This document shows, in pieces, positions 17,964 to 20,648 of a stretch of 20,648 nt of DNA. The stretch is from contig JBGAQA010000111.1 of the NCBI GenBank assembly GCA_044220955.1, positions 1 through 20,648 of the forward strand. The letters run 5' to 3'. A program made the translations under genes and the position numbers. Under the pieces are notes generated by a model. That model had not been told where the DNA came from and ran no database searches. It was given only the letters and a program-made list of their open reading frames with translations. Every line of letters starts with the position of its first letter. Positions within the stretch are counted from its first letter, which is position 1. This DNA comes from Sandaracinaceae bacterium (GTDB lineage Bacteria; Myxococcota_A; Polyangia; Polyangiales; Sandaracinaceae).

Positions 17964-19865
17964 ATGCGCACCCGACGAACCACGCCCGCCTGGCTGCTCC
18001 TCGGCATCGCCGCGCTGCCGGGCGTCGCGGCGTGCACGGCCGCGCACGGCATCGGCGTCTGCGATCCACCGTGCGCCTCGCCCCTCTCGTGCTGCGCGGG
18101 CGTCTGCCTCGATCGCGCGACCGATGCGCGCAACTGCGGCGCCTGCGGCGTGCTCTGTCGACCGTCGCAGGCCTGCGTGGGCGGCGTCTGCACCCGCGCG
18201 ACCGACGCAGGTCCGAGCTACGACGCGGCGGCGCTCGACGCGCGCATGGTCGACGACGCGGGCGCGTGTCGTCCGGCATGCATCGCGCCGGCGGTGTGCC
18301 TCTGCGGCGGCTGTGCGCGCTCGCCCTCGGGCGTGGCCTCGGGCGACGGGCGCGCGGACGCGACGTTCGCGAACTGCGGCGCCTGCGGCGTCGCGTGCAA
18401 TCCGACGACCGCGAGCCGCTGCGGGCAGCTCGACGGCGCGGGCCCGCTCGACTGCCGATGCGGCGACGGAGCGCCCTGCGACCTCGGCAGCACCTGCCAG
18501 GTCGCCGCGTCGATGCCGGGCGGCTTCGTCTGCGTCGGCGCCCTCGAGTGTGGCGGTCCGGGCGCGCCGCCCTGTCCGCCGGGACACGACTGCGTCGACG
18601 GTCGCTGCGAGTGCGGCGCGCTCGGCCACCGCTGCGAAGCAGGTGCGACCTGCAGCGGGGGCGCGTGCCTCTGCGGTGGCGTCGCCTGCTCGCCGGGCAC
18701 GGCGTGCGACGGCTTCGCGTGCGTCGACGTGTCGTCCGATCCGAACAACTGCGGCGCGATCGGGCGCTTCTGCGGCGCGGGGCAGGGCTGCGCCCTCGGG
18801 ATGTGCGTGTGCGGGGGCACGGCCTGTCCGCCGGGGTGGGGGTGCGTGGCGGGAGCGTGCGCCGACCTGACCTCCGATCCGCAGAACTGCGGGCTCGTCG
18901 GCCTCGCGTGCGCTCCGGGCGAGACGTGCTCGCTCGGCGTGTGCCGCTGCGGCGCGGGGCTGGGCTGCTCTCCGTTCGGTCCGATCGGCTGCGCTCGGAT
19001 GTGCTGTGGGGGCGCCTGCGTGGACAGCACGGTCACGCACTGCGCTGCGTGTGGCGACGTCTGCGGGCCCGGGGAGAGCTGCGCGAGCGTCCCGGGCGTC
19101 ACGGGGAGCCATTGCGTCGATCGCACGATGATCCCCGAGGCGACGCTCTGCGGCGCGGGCGCCGGGCCGCTCTGCGAGGGCGTGGACTGCTCCACCCTCA
19201 CGGCCCCGTGCGCGATCGGCGTCTGCGACGAGCGGACCGGGACGTGCGTCGCGGTGCAGCGGTCCGACGGCGCCACGTGCTCGGCGGGACCGCCGTGTCG
19301 GTCGGGACGTTGCGTGGGCGGTAGCTGCGTGCTCACCGACGACCCGCTCTGCCAGCGCTGCGTCCTGGCCCCCGGCGGCACAACGTTCTGCCGCTCCGGC
19401 AGCTGTGGCCCCTCGCCGACGAGCGTGCGCTACGACTTCGAGACGGACGAGCTCCCCGCGCTCTGGGGCCTCGTCGTGCACGGCGCGCCCTGGCTCGTCT
19501 CGAGCGCGAGCGCGCACGGCGGCGCGCACGCGGCGCAAGCGGGACCGACGCCGCCCGGCGCGGAGAGCGTGCTCGGCGTGCCGTTCGACGTCGGCGGCCC
19601 GACGCGCGTCTCGCTCTGGGTCGCGATCGACGCCGACCCCGCGACGGACGCGCTCGAGATCTGGCTCAACGGCGTGCTCCTCGAGCAGCTCCGCGGCGCG
19701 AGCGGCTGGCGCGAGGTCGTGACGGTCCTCGATCTCGCGCCCGGCCCCGTGGAGCTCGTCGTCCGCTTCGTCCGCGGCGCCGGCTCCAGCGTCGGCGCGG
19801 GCTCGGCCTGGGTCGACGACATCACCTTCGAGTCGGCGCTGCCGGGCGAGCCGCTCTGCCGCTGA
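17964..19865 (+). CDS. Cys-rich repeat lipoprotein with C-terminal beta-sandwich-like domain (633 aa)
   Basis: GAGG RBS. Lipobox VAAC. Repeats DARNCGACGVLC, ANCGACGVAC, DPNNCGAIGRFC, DPQNCGLVGLAC, THCAACGDVC. C-terminal YDFE..W..AHGG..SLW..D.LEIWLNG..W..AWVDDITF. Confidence 0.85.
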   Translation: MRTRRTTPAWLLLGIAALPGVAACTAAHGIGVCDPPCASPLSCCAGVCLDRATDARNCGACGVLCRPSQACVGGVCTRATDAGPSYDAAALDARMVDDAGACRPACIAPAVCLCGGCARSPSGVASGDGRADATFANCGACGVACNPTTASRCGQLDGAGPLDCRCGDGAPCDLGSTCQVAASMPGGFVCVGALECGGPGAPPCPPGHDCVDGRCECGALGHRCEAGATCSGGACLCGGVACSPGTACDGFACVDVSSDPNNCGAIGRFCGAGQGCALGMCVCGGTACPPGWGCVAGACADLTSDPQNCGLVGLACAPGETCSLGVCRCGAGLGCSPFGPIGCARMCCGGACVDSTVTHCAACGDVCGPGESCASVPGVTGSHCVDRTMIPEATLCGAGAGPLCEGVDCSTLTAPCAIGVCDERTGTCVAVQRSDGATCSAGPPCRSGRCVGGSCVLTDDPLCQRCVLAPGGTTFCRSGSCGPSPTSVRYDFETDELPALWGLVVHGAPWLVSSASAHGGAHAAQAGPTPPGAESVLGVPFDVGGPTRVSLWVAIDADPATDALEIWLNGVLLEQLRGASGWREVVTVLDLAPGPVELVVRFVRGAGSSVGAGSAWVDDITFESALPGEPLCR

Positions 19866-19895
19866 CGGTCCTCGTCGTCTCCCGGCGACGCGGGA

Positions 19896-20648
19896 TCACC
19901 CGTGCGGATCCTCGATCTCGCTGGCGAGCATCGTGATGGCGTCGTAGTCGAAGGAGTCGAGCAGCCGGGCGAGCGCACGCGCCGAGTCGGTCGCGCCGAG
20001 CGCGCCGACGATCTGCGCGATCGCGTCGTAGTCGGCCGCGATCGAGGCCGCGCGCAGCCGCTGCCTGAGCTCGGGCGACAGGCCCTCGAGCCGCACGGGG
20101 ATCGCGCCCGAGCGGGAGGCCGGCGGCGGCGGGTCCACGGGCGGATCCTCGCGCGCCAGCTCGATCCCGAGCAGGCGCTCCAGCCGATCGAAGAGGTCGC
20201 TCTCGACGATCGGCTTGCGCAGGAAGTCGTCGGCGCCGGTCGCGAGCGCCTCGCTGCGCGCCATGTCGAGCGCGCTCGAGGAGAGCCCCAGCACGGGCGT
20301 GCGCAGTCCGCGCTCGGTCGCCTTGATCCTTCGCGTCGCCTCGAACCCGCTCATGCCCGGCATCCTCATGTCCATCACGATCGCGTGAGGTGACCACGTC
20401 TCGAAGAGCGCCAACGCCTCGTGCCCGTCCCTGGCCTCCCGCGTCGAACACCCGGCGCGTTCGAGCAGCGCGCGGACGAGCAGCCGGTTCTCCGGGCGAT
20501 CGTCGGCGATCAGGACGCGGACCTCCCCGGCCGGGGCGCGGATCCCCGTCACGCGCCGCCGATCGAGCGCGGGCGCCGCCGGCCCCTTGCTCGGCTCGAA
20601 CGGGACGCGCAGGCGAAGCGTGGTCCCCGCGCCGCGGTGGCTCTCGAC
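19896..20648 (-). CDS. Hybrid sensor histidine kinase/response regulator, 3' part only (5' end outside the window)
   Basis: The frame is open to the window edge: VESHRGAGTTLRLRVP (end of HATPase G2 box), then a receiver domain VLIADD..IVMDMRMPGMSG..SSS..FLRKP and a helical tail. Confidence 0.88.
   Translation of the reverse strand, partial: VESHRGAGTTLRLRVPFEPSKGPAAPALDRRRVTGIRAPAGEVRVLIADDRPENRLLVRALLERAGCSTREARDGHEALALFETWSPHAIVMDMRMPGMSGFEATRRIKATERGLRTPVLGLSSSALDMARSEALATGADDFLRKPIVESDLFDRLERLLGIELAREDPPVDPPPPASRSGAIPVRLEGLSPELRQRLRAASIAADYDAIAQIVGALGATDSARALARLLDSFDYDAITMLASEIEDPHG

Overview
Very GC-rich bacterial DNA. The gene content (DAG-rich, Cys-repeat lipoproteins and a TPR protein ending in GxF) points to Myxococcota, Polyangiales/Sandaracinaceae-like; this is inference. 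From left to right: a (TGGTGAG)n heptamer array, an alpha/beta hydrolase, a small antisense membrane protein, an atypical two-gene biotin-dependent acyl-CoA carboxylase (carboxyltransferase plus a 961-aa BC-BCCP), and a scattered molybdenum-cofactor cluster (moeA-moaE ... moaA, a NarM-like nitrate-reductase-associated gene, moaD). The Moco cluster is interrupted by a duplicated and decayed 0.7-kb segment and a TPR protein + Cys-rich lipoprotein pair. An operon of three surface lipoproteins follows: two paralogous beta-helix proteins, the first split by a frameshift at a C7 run, and a Cys-repeat protein. The window ends in the 3' part of a hybrid sensor kinase. No rRNA, tRNA, CRISPR array or transposase was recognised. 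All family assignments come from motif recognition by eye; no database search was run.
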